A stretch of DNA of 64,000 bases. It comes from Hemiscyllium ocellatum. Its lineage: Eukaryota. Of the stretch, positions 61,273 to 64,000 are shown piece after piece (the first letter of the stretch is position 1; each line of letters opens with the position of its first letter). The notes beneath the pieces were generated by a model. That model saw only the letters and a program-made list of their open reading frames with translations. It had not been told where the DNA came from and ran no database searches. A program made the translations under genes and the position numbers. The DNA is taken from NCBI RefSeq assembly GCF_020745735.1, contig NC_083446.1:3038001-3102000 (forward strand), given 5' to 3'.

Positions 61273-62644
61273 ACCACTTTTTATTCCTGATATAACTGCA
61301 GAGAAGGCAGTATCCTGTCACCAAGTGCTCTTTTATTTACTTGTGCACAGTACTCTGGCCGTGGCCAGTCAGCTTGGAGTCAGTCCCCTGAACTGAGGAG
61401 ATTCTAAATCCCTGTTACTTTTATAAAACTTTTATCAAATGGTATAAAATACGAACACTTAACAATACATAACAAACAGCAGTTTACAAGTAACAGTGAT
61501 TTACACTGTACAACCAGTGCGCAGGGAAGTGAGGACAAACCTCAAAAAAGGAAATAGTAAATGCAAACACATACAAAACAGTCCAATAAACTGAACAGTA
61601 AAACAGTGTATACATCACACCCACCCCTGGCAACCTGACAAATCACCTATCCCTCCCACCTTCCAGCCACAAGGCGTCCATATCAATGTACCATTCAGCC
61701 TATAGACTGCCCTGATGCACCTTCTGTCCCCTTCTACGACAGCCCATCCCTATATCTCCCTGGGATAATGGCACTCAGGCAACCCACATGTCTTTTGGTC
61801 GTTGACATGGCCCTAAGCACCTTCTGGCTCTCTGTCTGTCCTAACACCCCTTCTGGTCACCTCTAGGCAAGCCTAGCCTGCCCCTTCCATGGGGTGCTGG
61901 TGCTCAGGGCAGCCTACTCACCCTCTGGTTTTCAGGGATACCAGCATCAGGCTGGCCTACTCACCTTCCTGTACACGGGACAGCCAGCCCAACCTCTCAG
62001 GGAGACAGTTTTCAGGACGACCCATGAGCCTCCCAGCTCATGCTAAGGCCTGCCAGACCTAGGGACACACGAGACAGTGCAGATGGTAAAATCAAACAGC
62101 CTGACGGCAGAGTGCACACCTCACAGCAGAGTCCATATCTGACAGTAGAGTCCACTCCAGCATGTAGCAAGTGCTCACTCACAGCACATGCACAGATGTT
62201 CAGTCTTTACAGAGGCCTGGTCCACTCACAGAAGAACGATTTACCTGATAAGGTGCAGTTGACTGACACAGGCTCAGTCCAACTACCAAAAAGTGAAAAC
62301 ATGTGCAAAAAAACACGATAAGCCATAAGGGCTAAGCCCTGCCACAAAATCAGTATAGTCCTTTCTCAAAATAAACCAGTAAAAAAGGAGTAGCACACAG
62401 GCTGCAACAATTCCCTAGTGAAAACTGATATATAGCAGTTATACATTGACTGTGAAGATCAGTCTGCTCAGAAATCTGGTACCCCAAAGACAAAAACCAA
62501 CAGCAATACATGCCGGCTGTGGTCAGCTAGCTCAGAGTCAGTCCCCTGAACTGAGGAGATTCTAAATTTCCTGTTCATTTTTTTTGTTTTTTTTAAAACC
62601 AGTCCTCCATAAAAAGGAATACCAGTTAACAAACTGCCTATATA

Positions 62645-63450
62645 GTTCAGCCAATGAGTTTTGAGAAAGATTTGTAGCTCAGGTTGAGGTTCTGGATGTA
62701 GGTTTGCTCGCTGTGCTGGAAAGTTTGTTTTCAGATGTTTTGTCACCATACTAGGTAATTTCATCATTGAGCCTCCAGATAAAGCACTGATGGTATGGTC
62801 CTGCTTTCTACTTATGTGTTTAGGTTTCCTTGGGTTGGTGATGTCATTTCCTGTGGTGACATTGTTTCCTGTGATTATGTCATTTCCTTTTTCTCAGCAG
62901 GTGGTAAATGGGATTCCAAGTCAATGTGTTGTTGATAGAGTTCTGGTTGGAATGCCATGCTTCTGAGAGTTCTAGTGTGTGTCACTGTGTGGCCTAGGAT
63001 GGATGTGTTGTCTCAGTCAAAGTGGGTCATGTCTCTTTGTGGCTAGTTGATGTTCATGTATCCTGGTGGCTAGTTTTCTGCCTGTTTGTCCAATATAGTG
63101 TTTGTTACAGTTCTTGCAAGGTATTTTGTAAAAGGTATTAGTTTTGCTTATTGTCTGTATAGGGTCTTTCAAGTTCATTAGTTGCTGTTTTAGTGTGTTG
63201 TTGGTTTGTGGGTTACCATGATGCCAAGAGGTCTGGCTGTCTACTGATGTGGGGGAGAGTGGCTAGGGTTTCTGGATGTGTTTTATCTGCTTGTTGGGGT
63301 TTGTTGTTGAGAAATCAGCAGCCTTTGTTCATTGGGTACTCGTTCTTTTTGAATACACTGTATAGGTGATTTTCCTTTGCTGTTTGTAGTTCCTCTGTGC
63401 TGCAGTGTGTGGTGGCTCGATGAAATAATGTTCTGATGCAGCTTTGTCTC
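62645..63450 (-). mobile_element. Penelope-like element (Poseidon-type) 3' region
   Basis: Reverse strand SCIRTLFHRATTHCSTEE...LYSVFKKNEYP and LKDPI..ISKTNTFYKIPCKNCNKHYIGQTGRKLATRIHEH (GIY-YIG), followed by a terminal repeat with a decayed hammerhead. Confidence 0.85.
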
Positions 63451-63469
63451 ACGACCATAGTCTTGCTAC

Positions 63470-64000
63470 CTGGAATAAACCAAATCATCCGCCGACATTT
63501 CCGCTACCTCCAAAAAGACCCCACCACCAGGGATATATTTCCCTCCCCACCCATTTCTGCCTTCCACAAAGACTGTTCCCTCCGTGACTACCTGGTCAGG
63601 TCCACGCTCCCCTACAACCAACCCTCCCATCCTGGCACCTTACCCTGCCACCGCAGGAACTGCAAAGCCTGTGCCCACATCTCCTCCCTCACCTCTATCC
63701 AAGGCCCTAAAGGAGCCTTCCACATCCATCAAAGTTTTACCTGCACATCCACTAATATCATTTATTGCATCCGTCACTCCCGATGCGGTCTCCTCTACAT
63801 TGGGGAGACTGGACGCCTCCTAGCAGAGTGCTTTAGGGAACATCTCCGGGACACCCGCACCAATCAATCACACCACCCGTGGCCCAACATTTCAACTCCC
63901 CCTCCCACTGTGCCGAGGACATAGAGGTCCTGGTCCTTCTTCACCGCCGCTCCCTCACCACCAGATGCCTGGAGGAAGAACGCCTCATCTTCTGCCTCGG
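63470..64000 (+). mobile_element. Penelope-like element (Neptune-type) linker and GIY-YIG endonuclease
   Basis: LRDYLVRSTL...PCHRRNCKAC...FTCTSTNIIYCIRHSRCGLLYIGETGRLLAECFREHL. Confidence 0.9.

Noticed and set aside
59592-64000. MACROD1 exon 2
   Set aside because: No matching peptide with splice sites was seen; it probably lies beyond the window.

Overview
Eukaryotic, intron-rich vertebrate DNA. The repeat families point to a cartilaginous fish (shark); this is an inference. Three genes lie in the same order and orientation as at human 11q13. (1) The 5' part of FERMT3 (kindlin-3) is on the minus strand, with coding exons at 9338-9473 and 477-710 and a candidate non-coding exon 1 near 22.2 kb. 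(2) A complete 14-exon STIP1 (HOP) gene is on the minus strand, CDS 27006-55853; the exons sum to 1632 nt (543 aa) and intron 5 is GC-AG. (3) Exon 1 of MACROD1 is on the plus strand (59324-59591), head-to-head with STIP1. The STIP1 promoter carries HSE, CCAAT and GC boxes; the MACROD1 promoter carries three ZNF143/THAP11-type motifs and a palindromic E-box. The rest is mostly retroelement: CR1 LINE fragments, tRNA-derived HE1-like SINEs, Deu-domain SINEs and Penelope-like (GIY-YIG) elements. Most notable observations: a ~750-bp Penelope-derived foldback with an apparently intact minimal hammerhead ribozyme (23877-23917) plus several decayed copies; three minisatellite families (32, 38 and 53 bp) that each appear to have expanded from a different retroelement and are confined to FERMT3 introns; inverted minisatellite arrays bracketing the FERMT3 start exon; and upstream-AUG arrangements at both FERMT3 and STIP1. 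Family assignments rest on recalled consensus sequences, not database searches, and repeat boundaries are approximate.
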